Source: Verrucomicrobiota bacterium (GTDB taxonomy: Bacteria > Verrucomicrobiota > Verrucomicrobiia > Limisphaerales > UBA8199). Taken from it: DNA of 33,675 bases. The notes beneath the pieces were generated by a model that made no database searches, was not told the origin of the DNA, and saw nothing but the letters and a program-made list of their open reading frames with translations. The stretch lies in NCBI GenBank assembly GCA_038209025.1, contig JBBQYD010000003.1:1-33675 (forward strand), written 5' to 3'. The position numbers were made by a program, and so were the translations under genes. Every line of letters starts with the position of its first letter. Position 1 is the stretch's first letter. Of the stretch, positions 1 through 7,995 are shown one piece after another.

Positions 1-303
1 GGCTCTCCCGAAGATTTATCGTTCAGCCAGCGTTGGCACGACGCTCGAATTTGAGCCAGACTAACCCCGGCTGGACTTCTTGCAGCAGCCAAGCGAAAGA
101 ACAGTTATGAACAACAAAACACTCGCGGGCTTGGTCGGCCAGCAATCTGTAGCTTGGCCGGATGGCTCCGCCGCTGGGATGCCAGGTCTGCCGCTTGCCA
201 ACCGGGCCGGCGTAACAGAAAACCAACGCTCGCGGTGACAACGCTTGGCTTACCTGTGAGGGTGAGTCTCCGCTCGCCGCGAGCTTCGACCCCAGCCGGC
301 CGG

Positions 304-368
304 GCGCGTTTGAAACCTTCGCCGGGAATTTTCTTTGTCGTGTCAAGGCCCAGCTTGCTGCCGCTGGC
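304..368 (-). repeat. Copy 1 of a 65-bp direct repeat encoding a ubiD-like C-terminal peptide
   Basis: 60/65 identical to 1168..1232. The minus strand reads ASGSKLGLDTTKKIPGEGFKR, which matches the GSKxGIDATxK..EGF C-terminal motif of UbiD-family decarboxylases. Confidence 0.85.
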
Positions 369-373
369 CGTTT

Positions 374-811
374 TCATTTTTTCACCAACGGGTTGCGTGT
401 CTTGAGTTTTGGAAACAGGGAGAAATCGCGGTCGGCCGTCCAAAGTTCGCGCACGCCGTGGTGCAGGCACAGCGCGGCAATGCGCGCATCGTGGATGCGC
501 GGGCCGGATAATCCCGCGGCCAGCGAAAACTCACGCAACTTGTCAAAATAGCCGGGGCTTTCCGAAAGCAGATGCAATTGCGGCGAATCAAACAGCGATT
601 CAAGAAAGGCGAGGGCGCTGGGCAACGGGGAGGCGGGCTTGTAAACCTTGCCGCTGGTAACGACGGCGATGAACTCGTGAACGCAGGGCCAGGGCAAAGC
701 CCATGCGGAAGAACCTTCAATCACGGGACGGAGATTTTCAGAGGCGGTTTTATAAAATTCCGAATCCTCCCGATAGGCATAGACGAGCAGGTTGGTGTCA
801 ATGGCGATCAT
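374..811 (-). CDS. vapC: VapC-family PIN-domain toxin
   Basis: PIN motifs: IDTNLLVYA, WPCVHEF, IHDARIAA, LWTADRDF. 145 aa. Its start overlaps the antitoxin stop (ATGA). Confidence 0.93.
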   Translation of the reverse strand: MIAIDTNLLVYAYREDSEFYKTASENLRPVIEGSSAWALPWPCVHEFIAVVTSGKVYKPASPLPSALAFLESLFDSPQLHLLSESPGYFDKLREFSLAAGLSGPRIHDARIAALCLHHGVRELWTADRDFSLFPKLKTRNPLVKK

Positions 812-1056
812 GCGCCATGTCCCTTGTAGATTTCATCACGGATTTTTTCCCACGAGCCGTTTTTGAATTCGTCGGTCAAACCACCGCCTTTGAAAGTCAC
901 GGGCTTCCATTTCCATTGGGCGGGCCTGGCTGATTTTTCCTTCAAGACCAGACGAAGTCCCTGCTCGGCAAGAGCGCGGAACGTGGTCTTTTCCTTGCGG
1001 GCAAAACCCTTTGCGCGCTCAAAAAGGTCATCGGCGATTTCAATGGTCGTCTTCAT
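808..1056 (-). CDS. vapB: VapB-family (ribbon-helix-helix type) antitoxin
   Basis: MKTTIEIADDLFERAK...TFRALAEQGLR is a typical RHH antitoxin N-terminus. 82 aa from the ATG at 1056, translationally coupled to the PIN gene. Confidence 0.88.
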   Translation of the reverse strand: MKTTIEIADDLFERAKGFARKEKTTFRALAEQGLRLVLKEKSARPAQWKWKPVTFKGGGLTDEFKNGSWEKIRDEIYKGHGA

Positions 1057-1057
1057 A

Positions 1058-1093
1058 ATATGGCGACCCATATTCGCATGGGTGACCACCCAT
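1058..1093. promoter_or_regulatory. Tandem palindromes, likely TA autoregulatory operators
   Basis: ATATGG-cgac-CCATAT (1058-1073) and ATGGGTG-ac-CACCCAT (1078-1093) lie directly upstream of the antitoxin start. Confidence 0.55.
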
Positions 1094-1094
1094 A

Positions 1095-1253
1095 TCAAGG
1101 TGCTTTTCCGACAAGCGCATGCACCTTCGCCCTCACGCTTTCATCCATCTTGATCAGCGGCGGCCACGCGCGTTTGAAACCTTCGCCGGGAATTGTCTTC
1201 GTCGCGTCAATTCCCAGCTTGCTGCCGCTGGCGATTTCGCTGATGGCATGTTC
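1095..1253 (-). pseudogene. 3'-terminal fragment of a UbiD-family decarboxylase gene (contains repeat copy 2, 1168..1232)
   Basis: EHAISEIASGSKLGIDATKTIPGEGFKRAWPPLIKMDESVRAKV matches the last ~50 aa of UbiD/menaquinone-pathway decarboxylases. The rest of the gene is absent. Confidence 0.8.
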
Positions 1254-1303
1254 ACCCGCGCATCGCTGAGTGCGGGCGGGCACGCAATTTCCTATCAGTT
1301 CAG

Positions 1304-1438
1304 TCACAGTAGGTGGAGTCGCAACAGGTACAGCTCTTCATAGCTGATCGCGCCGGCCAGGGCTTCGTGGACGGGAGCGAGCCGCCGGGAGTCCAGACGT
1401 TCGAATACACTCATTACTTTTGCGCGCTCAGACCCGGG
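1304..1438 (-). pseudogene. Out-of-frame remnant of the RecQ C-terminal helix-turn-helix domain
   Basis: An alternate frame overlapping the recQ stop reads PGSERAKVMSVFERLDSRRLAPVHEALAGAISYEELYLLRLHLL*. This resembles the L.PV.EAL.G..SYEEL...R tail of HTH-bearing RecQ proteins. Confidence 0.65.
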
Positions 1439-3924
1439 CAAGCGCGAATAACTTGCAGGAATCGAGCGCCATAATTGGCGAGCTTGGTTTGGCCCACGCC
1501 ATTGATGGCGAGGAATTGCGCTTCGGTTTGCGGAAGAAACGTCGCCATTTCGATCAAGGAACGATCGGAAAAGATCACGTAGGCGGGCACCTGGGCTCGT
1601 TCGGCCAATTCTTTGCGGAGCGCGCGAAGGCGCTCGAAAAGCACGGGAGAGTATTGCGCGGAGCTGGCGGCGGGCAGGGCAACGGCGGCTTCGTGCGGCT
1701 GTGGAATGAGGACTTTCTGCTTTCCTTGAAGCACATCACGGCTTTTGGACGTGAGATGCAGGCCGCCATACTCAGGGTCCTGGTCAACCAAACCTAGACG
1801 GATGAACTGGCGCGCCAGTTCGCCCCATTCTTTGGCGGAATGTTCCTTGCCGAGACCGTAGGCGCTCAACCGCTCGTGCCGGCGATCAAGCACCCGTTGT
1901 GCCCGCGATCCGCGCAACACCGCGATCAGGTGCGCCTGACCAAACACTCCGCCAGTGAGCTTGATGCACGACAGGAACAGTTGCGCCGTGATTGTGGCAT
2001 CCACCATCTCGCCGTCCACCGGGACTTGAACACAGTTGTCACAATGGCCACAGGTCTGCGCGAGAGTTTCACCGAAGTACGCCAACAGCGGCACGCGCCT
2101 GCACTCGCGCGCTTCGGCGAAACTCAACAGCGCATTAAGCCGGGCCTCTCTGCCGGGCCGTTCGGACGGCGCGCCTTGGTCTATAAAATGGCGGTGGAAC
2201 ATCGCGTCGCCCCGGCTGTAGAGGAGCAGACAATGCGCGGCCAAGCCGTCGCGTCCGGCGCGGCCGATTTCCTGGTAATAGCTTTCCAGGTCTTTGGGCA
2301 AATGCGCGTGAATGACGAAGCGCACGTTGGATTTGTTGATGCCCATGCCAAACGCGACGGTCGCGACCATCAGCGAATCGTCCGCGTGGATAAAGCGGTC
2401 CTGGTTGCGGCGGCGCTGGTCGTCGTCCAGACCGGCGTGATACGGCAGCGCGGGCCAACCGTTCGCGTTGAGGGCGGCGGAAAGTTCATCGGTTTGCTTG
2501 CGTGTCCCGCAGTAAATGATGCCAGACTGGCCGCGGCGCTTTTCCAGGAACGCAAGTATTTGAACCAAAGCGTCCCGGCGCGGTTCGACGGCCAAGAACA
2601 GGTTTTGGCGATTGAAGCTGGCGACGAATTCGCCTTCCAGCGGAATGCCGAGCAAACGCCGGATGTCCTCACGCACGCGCGCTGTGGCCGTGGCGGTCAG
2701 GACGAGACAGACCGCTTGCGCGAACCGCCGGCGGACGCTGTGCATGTGGCGGTATTCGGGGCGGAAATCGTGGCCCCATTCCGAAATGCAGTGGCCCTCG
2801 TCCACAGCCAGGCAGGCGAGCTTGCTTTGTTCCAGCAGAAGCAGCGTTTCGGGCCGCAGCAGTGTTTCCGGAGCGAGGTAGAGAATTTTGATGCGTCCAT
2901 CCCGGATTTGGTTTGTGATCGCGACGTACTCGCGAAGCGGCACCATGTGGTTGAGGCAGGCGGCGGGCACGCCGATTTCATGGAGCTGGCGGACCTGGTC
3001 CTGCATCAGCGCCACCAACGGCGACACCACGACCGTCAACCCGCCGAAAAGGAGCGCGGGAAGCTGGTAACAGAGCGATTTGCCGCCCCCGGTCGGCATG
3101 ACGACGAGGGTGTCGCGCCGTTGCCAGGCGCGCGCAATGACTTCGGCCTGCACCGGAAGGAATTGCGAAAAGCCGAAGGTCCGCTTCAACACTTCGAGAG
3201 CGGGGCCGGGCAGAATGGCGGAATGGGCTGAGCTTTCGGCGGGTCTGGGCGCTGCTCCCGGGGTGCGGGACAGCCGTGGATCAATGGCAATGTCCGATGG
3301 CGCTACCGGTCCGAGAAACCAACCCGACAACTGCGCGAAGCAGCGCAATTCCTCGTCGGGCCGCTCCTTGGGCCGCCACCAATGCGCCAGGGAGACTCGG
3401 AGCAGCGTGCCGGCGGGAATCTCCGAAAGCGGCTCTTGAAAACCGACAAAGGTCAGCGCTCGTCCGCCGTCGGTTGTTGGATAGCGGTAGCGGATGCGTT
3501 TGCCCTCGCAGTCGAGTTGAAGCGGTTGGTCCGGCACCCAGAACATCGTGCTGCACCGCGGCAGGCCGGTGCGTTCGGCAATATAAAGCCCACCGCTGGA
3601 GGTGGCCTGCGCCAGTCCATCGAAAAGTTTGCTTGGCCCGCCCCGCACCGGCGGCATAAAGCGATGGATGGTTTCCTCCATCGGTTGCGAACGCCGGAGC
3701 CGGCGCGCCGAGCGCACGATGATGTTCTCCACGTGCGGAGGAACGAGGTCAAGGTCGGGAGTCGGATCTATTTCCCAAACCTCGCCGACTTCGTACTCCA
3801 GGCCCGCCCGGCCGTTGATCGCCGCGTCCGCCGCAATCAGCCGGACGCTGCGCCCCTCCTCCGCAATGCCGCCGACGCAAGCGCCGCCCCCGCGCCTGGT
3901 CTTGGCCACGATAAGGATGTTCAT
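1414..3924 (-). CDS. recQ: RecQ-family DNA helicase with an extra ~200-aa N-terminal (dual-OB-like) domain
   Basis: Walker A MPTGGGKSLCYQLPAL, DEGHCISEWGHDFRP (DEAH variant), YHAGL, ATVAFGMGINK, YYQEIGRAGRDG, Zn-site CRR...CGHCDNC, RQC region, and HRDC (PAYVIFSDRSL..MA). Residues 1-~205 are not RecQ-like. Confidence 0.93.
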   Translation of the reverse strand: MNILIVAKTRRGGGACVGGIAEEGRSVRLIAADAAINGRAGLEYEVGEVWEIDPTPDLDLVPPHVENIIVRSARRLRRSQPMEETIHRFMPPVRGGPSKLFDGLAQATSSGGLYIAERTGLPRCSTMFWVPDQPLQLDCEGKRIRYRYPTTDGGRALTFVGFQEPLSEIPAGTLLRVSLAHWWRPKERPDEELRCFAQLSGWFLGPVAPSDIAIDPRLSRTPGAAPRPAESSAHSAILPGPALEVLKRTFGFSQFLPVQAEVIARAWQRRDTLVVMPTGGGKSLCYQLPALLFGGLTVVVSPLVALMQDQVRQLHEIGVPAACLNHMVPLREYVAITNQIRDGRIKILYLAPETLLRPETLLLLEQSKLACLAVDEGHCISEWGHDFRPEYRHMHSVRRRFAQAVCLVLTATATARVREDIRRLLGIPLEGEFVASFNRQNLFLAVEPRRDALVQILAFLEKRRGQSGIIYCGTRKQTDELSAALNANGWPALPYHAGLDDDQRRRNQDRFIHADDSLMVATVAFGMGINKSNVRFVIHAHLPKDLESYYQEIGRAGRDGLAAHCLLLYSRGDAMFHRHFIDQGAPSERPGREARLNALLSFAEARECRRVPLLAYFGETLAQTCGHCDNCVQVPVDGEMVDATITAQLFLSCIKLTGGVFGQAHLIAVLRGSRAQRVLDRRHERLSAYGLGKEHSAKEWGELARQFIRLGLVDQDPEYGGLHLTSKSRDVLQGKQKVLIPQPHEAAVALPAASSAQYSPVLFERLRALRKELAERAQVPAYVIFSDRSLIEMATFLPQTEAQFLAINGVGQTKLANYGARFLQVIRACPGLSAQK

Positions 3925-3929
3925 AAACG

Positions 3930-4415
3930 TCAGTCTGGCATCAAATGCAAAACCTGAATGCCCAGGTCCTGCCGCAATCGCCCGGCCAGCAGCGAGCGAT
4001 GGCAGGCAGCCGGCTCGCGCTCGACACAGAAGAGCGCAACCGTCCGGACTTCGCTTCCCAATTGCGCGACAAACTGGCCGCTATCGAAGGTGGACAGGCG
4101 TTCCGCGCGGTAACCCTCGATGAACACCTCACCCAAAGCTGTCCGCTTGCGCTTGGCAGTTCCTTCCGCCTTGTCGGCCTCGGCCTGGCGCTGACGCAAA
4201 GCCGGTGCGGGCGCCAGTTCCCGGAAGTGGAGATAGCGGATGCCGATCTCGGCGAGCCGTTTCTGGAGACGAGCGCTGTTAACGAAGGCATATTCCGAAC
4301 CGCGCACGCCGCGCCGCCACCGGACGTCGCAGAAAGTGTCCACGCCCGCTCGTTGAAGGGCGCTAAAGAAGGCCGCTTCGCTGAACCCATAAACGCCAAT
4401 GGTGACCAAGTTCAT
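3930..4415 (-). CDS. DUF488-family protein (type B)
   Basis: MNLVTIGVYG, DVRWRRGVRG, GIRYLHFRELAP, LFCVEREPAACHRSLLA. Start placed at ATG 4415. It ends 5 bp before the recQ start. Confidence 0.85.
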   Translation of the reverse strand: MNLVTIGVYGFSEAAFFSALQRAGVDTFCDVRWRRGVRGSEYAFVNSARLQKRLAEIGIRYLHFRELAPAPALRQRQAEADKAEGTAKRKRTALGEVFIEGYRAERLSTFDSGQFVAQLGSEVRTVALFCVEREPAACHRSLLAGRLRQDLGIQVLHLMPD

Positions 4416-4449
4416 CGGAGTGAAGAGAGAATTCCGGTGGAATGATGGT

Positions 4450-5067
4450 TCAGGTTCCGTCCGATTCAGTTTCGTCCTCGCGCGGGCCGTAGCGTTTGCG
4501 GGAGGTGAAGGATTTCCCGAACAAATCCATTTGGCCATGGGTGAGCCGGTCTATCACCTGTGTCTGCGTGAGCAACCGGCCGTCCTCGTCAATGTGGCAA
4601 ACGGGAATGCCAATGGCCGTGAGCGCCTCGCCGATTAATTTGCTGCGATGGCACTGCTCCGGCCGGCCCTCGCTGCACATCAACGCCGCGCGCCGCCCCT
4701 GCTCGAACGCTTTTCGCAGCCGCTCGATCCCCGTCTGGAAGAACGGCTGCGCGCGGACCTTGTCGTAATCCACCTTGCCCTCCGTCTGGCAAGCCGGATC
4801 CCGGGGCTGGCCGCCGATCAGGTCGCCCATGAACAAGTAGCGGATACCAGCTCGCTCGATGTGATATTGGAGCAGTTCCCTGGAGAATTCCGATTTGAAT
4901 TTCGAGTATGGCGAGGTGCGCACATCAATGAGGTACTCGATGCGGTTTGCCTTCAGCGCCGCAATCAAGTCGTCCAGCGCGCGCGCGCCGTAGCCGATCG
5001 TGAAGAGCGGAGGAAGCCCGCCCGGGTCCACGGCTGCCGCCTCGGGTTTCGGTTCACTGGCATTCAC
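4450..5067 (-). CDS. DUF488-family protein (type A)
   Basis: LFTIGYG, LIDVRTSPYS, GIRYLFMGDLIGG, LMCSEGRPEQCHRSKLI are the conserved DUF488 motifs. Confidence 0.9.
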   Translation of the reverse strand: MNASEPKPEAAAVDPGGLPPLFTIGYGARALDDLIAALKANRIEYLIDVRTSPYSKFKSEFSRELLQYHIERAGIRYLFMGDLIGGQPRDPACQTEGKVDYDKVRAQPFFQTGIERLRKAFEQGRRAALMCSEGRPEQCHRSKLIGEALTAIGIPVCHIDEDGRLLTQTQVIDRLTHGQMDLFGKSFTSRKRYGPREDETESDGT

Positions 5068-5386
5068 GGGCCGAGTGTAGCGCCTCTAAGAAAATTGGAA
5101 AGAATGCTGTGAAGAGCAGAATCCGGCGTTTGGATCACGCGCGCACCTGGTCACCCACATACACATATAAAGGGGCTCTGTGCTCGCATGGTTGACGAAC
5201 GACGCACAACCCCGGCACCTCACGAAAAGGCCCGATAACGACGAGAGTGATCCCCTCGCATCCGCGGCCTCTGCCCGGGCTTTACTCCATCACTTTGCTC
5301 CCCTAAGGTGTTCCGATGGGAATTGTCGTTGTTCGCGTCGCGCGTTTTCGTGGAACCGAACCTTTGAGCCAAGGTCAAAACCTGAG

Positions 5387-6517
5387 ATGAAAGTGGTCTT
5401 TAATATTCGCCGTGGCCTCCCGCTCCTTTTCTGGGGCGCGCTCCTGTTTGCCCCGGTGGGCTGGGCCGATGAGAATCCTTACGTCCGCACCAACTGCTGG
5501 GCGACAGAGGTCCGCTCGCAGATTGATACCACCCCGGCGGTGGACGAGCAGGACAATGTCTTTTTTGGCACCTTCGATGGCAAAATGTGGTCTCTTGATG
5601 CGGTGGGGCACCGGCGCTGGTGCTTCCAGGCGCGGAATGAAATCAGGTCCTCCCCCGCCATTGCCGACGATGGGACGGTTTACTTCGGCAGCCGCGACCG
5701 CAAGCTATACGCCATCGGGGCCGACGGAACCAAGAAGTGGGAGTTTTTGACCGGTGCCTGGGTGGATAGTTCGCCGGCGATCGGCCGGGATGGCACGGTT
5801 TACTTCGGCTCGTGGGATACGAACTTTTACGCGCTGAATCCGGACGGGACCCTGAAGTGGCGGTTTCCGACCGCCGGCGAGGTGGTTTCCTCGCCCGCCA
5901 TCAGCCAGGCGGGGCGCATCCACTTTGGCTCGCACGATCAGAAGTTTTACGCGCTGAACCCGGACGGCTCCAAAGCCTGGGAGTTTGCCACCGGCGGTCC
6001 CGTGATATCGTCCCCCGCGGTGGATCAGGAAGGAGCGCTCTACTTCACCAGCGTGGATGGCTGGTTCTACGCCTTGAACCCGGATGGCGGCCTGCGCTGG
6101 AAACTGGCCACCGGGGGCATGACGGAAGCCTCGCCGGTCATCGCGGCGGATGGGACCCTGTATGTGGGGGTGACCACCAATCTCTGGGCGATCACGCACG
6201 AGGGCCGCAAGCTGTGGCAGCGGCGGCTCAATGATCTGCTCAACTCCAGCCCGCTGGTGCTGGCCAATGGCACCATCGTGTTCGACGGACGGTGGACGCA
6301 GGTGGCGTGCATCGCCCCGGACCGGACGCTGGCCTGGTACGCCGGCGGGGATACCACCCTGGCGGCCTCCCCGGCCGTAAACTCCGCGGGCAACATCATC
6401 ATCCCGTTCAATTTCAATTTTGTGGGCGCGATCGACGTGCGGGTGCCGCTGGCCCGGAGTGACTGGCCAAAGTTCCGCGGCAACCCCCGCAACACTGGCC
6501 GCGCGCCCGCGCCATGA
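5387..6517 (+). CDS. Exported PQQ-like beta-propeller repeat protein (BamB-like fold)
   Basis: Signal peptide, about 8 repeats of SSPAI..DGTVYFGS.D..YAL..DG..KW.F.T, and a C-terminal WPKFRGNPRNTG. Start placed at ATG 5387. Confidence 0.88.
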   Translation: MKVVFNIRRGLPLLFWGALLFAPVGWADENPYVRTNCWATEVRSQIDTTPAVDEQDNVFFGTFDGKMWSLDAVGHRRWCFQARNEIRSSPAIADDGTVYFGSRDRKLYAIGADGTKKWEFLTGAWVDSSPAIGRDGTVYFGSWDTNFYALNPDGTLKWRFPTAGEVVSSPAISQAGRIHFGSHDQKFYALNPDGSKAWEFATGGPVISSPAVDQEGALYFTSVDGWFYALNPDGGLRWKLATGGMTEASPVIAADGTLYVGVTTNLWAITHEGRKLWQRRLNDLLNSSPLVLANGTIVFDGRWTQVACIAPDRTLAWYAGGDTTLAASPAVNSAGNIIIPFNFNFVGAIDVRVPLARSDWPKFRGNPRNTGRAPAP

Positions 6518-6556
6518 CGGCTCGACTTTCCCGGCCCCTCCTTTTAGGCTCTGCGC

Positions 6557-7903
6557 ATGATTCAACGGTATTCGCGGCCCGCCATGCGGGAGATTTGGAC
6601 CGAGCAACGGAAGCTGGAGATTTGGCTGCAAATCGAGTTGCTGGCCAGTGAGGCTCTCTGCCGGTCCGGCCTGGTGCCGAAGAATGATCTGGCGCAAATG
6701 AAGGCCAAGGCCGCGTTCTCGATCGAGCGGTGCAAGGAGCTGGAACGTACCTTGAATCACGATGTCATCGCGTTCACCACCAACGTGGGCGAAAACATCG
6801 GCGCGCCCGCCAGCCGGTGGCTCCACTTTGGCCTGACCAGCAGCGACATCATCGACACCGCGTTTGCGGTTCAAATGGTCCAATCGGCCGACATTCTGCT
6901 GGAGGACCTGGCCGAACTGCGCGAGGTCATCGCCGCCCGGGCGCGCGAACACAAGTTCACCCCCATGATCGGCCGCAGCCATGGCATCCACGCGGAACCC
7001 ACCACCTTCGGTTTGAAAATGGCGCTGATGCATGACGAATTCGGCCGCGCCGAACGGCGTTTGCGCGCCGCCCGGGCGAGCGTATCCGTGGGCAAACTCT
7101 CAGGCGCGGTGGGAACCAGCGCCCACCTGTCGCCGGAGGTCGAGAAATATGTCTGCGAAAAGCTGGGCCTCACGCCGGCGCCGATTGCCACCCAGGTGGT
7201 GCAGCGGGACATCCACGCCGAGTTCATGACCACCCTCGCCCTGGTCGGCGCCAGCATCGAACACTGGGCCACGGAGTTCCGCCACCTGCAGCGCACCGAG
7301 GTGCTCGAGGCGGAGGAGCTTTTCGCCCGGGGCCAGAAAGGGTCCAGCGCGATGCCCCACAAGCGCAACCCCATCACCGGCGAGCGCCTCACCGGCCTGG
7401 CCCGCGTGCTGCGCGGCAACGCCCTCGCCGCCCTCGAAAACGTCGCGCTCTGGCATGAACGCGATATCAGTCACAGCTCGGTCGAGCGCATTATTTTCCC
7501 CGATTCCTGCACGCTGCTGGACTACATGCTCGCGACCCTGGCCAAGCTCACGGAGGGACTGATCGTTTATCCGGAAAACATGAGGAAAAACCTCGGGTTG
7601 TCCCTCGGGATGTGGAACTCGCAAACCGTTCTCCTGGCCCTGATCCGGAAAGGCCTGACCCGCGAGCAGGCTTACGACCTGGTGCAGCGCAACGCCATGG
7701 CCACGTGGGCGGTGAAGCACGCGGGGCGCGACGATGCGGATTTCCTCCGGCAACTTCAGCAGGACCCGGAAGTCGCCCGCCATTTCAGCCCGGGCGAGCT
7801 CGAATCCCTATGCTCCCTGGAATTCCACTTAAAGGAAGTCTCCGCCCGGTTTCAACAACTGGGACTGGAAAAAAGCGGCACCCGGCCGCGCAAAAAGGGG
7901 TGA
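6557..7903 (+). CDS. purB: Adenylosuccinate lyase
   Basis: MIQRYSRPAM, HDVIAF, HFGLTSSD, GRSHGIHAEPTTFG, and the signature GSSAMPHKRNP. Confidence 0.97.
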   Translation: MIQRYSRPAMREIWTEQRKLEIWLQIELLASEALCRSGLVPKNDLAQMKAKAAFSIERCKELERTLNHDVIAFTTNVGENIGAPASRWLHFGLTSSDIIDTAFAVQMVQSADILLEDLAELREVIAARAREHKFTPMIGRSHGIHAEPTTFGLKMALMHDEFGRAERRLRAARASVSVGKLSGAVGTSAHLSPEVEKYVCEKLGLTPAPIATQVVQRDIHAEFMTTLALVGASIEHWATEFRHLQRTEVLEAEELFARGQKGSSAMPHKRNPITGERLTGLARVLRGNALAALENVALWHERDISHSSVERIIFPDSCTLLDYMLATLAKLTEGLIVYPENMRKNLGLSLGMWNSQTVLLALIRKGLTREQAYDLVQRNAMATWAVKHAGRDDADFLRQLQQDPEVARHFSPGELESLCSLEFHLKEVSARFQQLGLEKSGTRPRKKG

Positions 7904-7995
7904 GCACCCTGTTCCAGCGTTCCGTATTGATCCCGATAGAGTTCCGTAATCTGCCGAGTTGCCTCTTGGCCTGATACAGGCAAAGATCGGGCTTG

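Noticed and set aside
130-300. Possible degenerate intergenic repeats and short ORFs at the window start
   Set aside because: There is only a vague resemblance to REP-like families, with no clean stem or second copy in the window. The ORFs have no recognisable motifs.
1840-3231. 463-aa plus-strand ORF, and similar long ORFs at 5705-7033, 11253-12371, 16490-17494 and 23132-24289
   Set aside because: These are antisense or alternate-frame shadows of well-supported genes, expected in high-GC DNA. They carry no motifs.
5530-6400. Regularly spaced ~120-bp repeats suggesting a CRISPR or tandem array
   Set aside because: They are the coding repeats of beta-propeller blades, degenerate at third codon positions.
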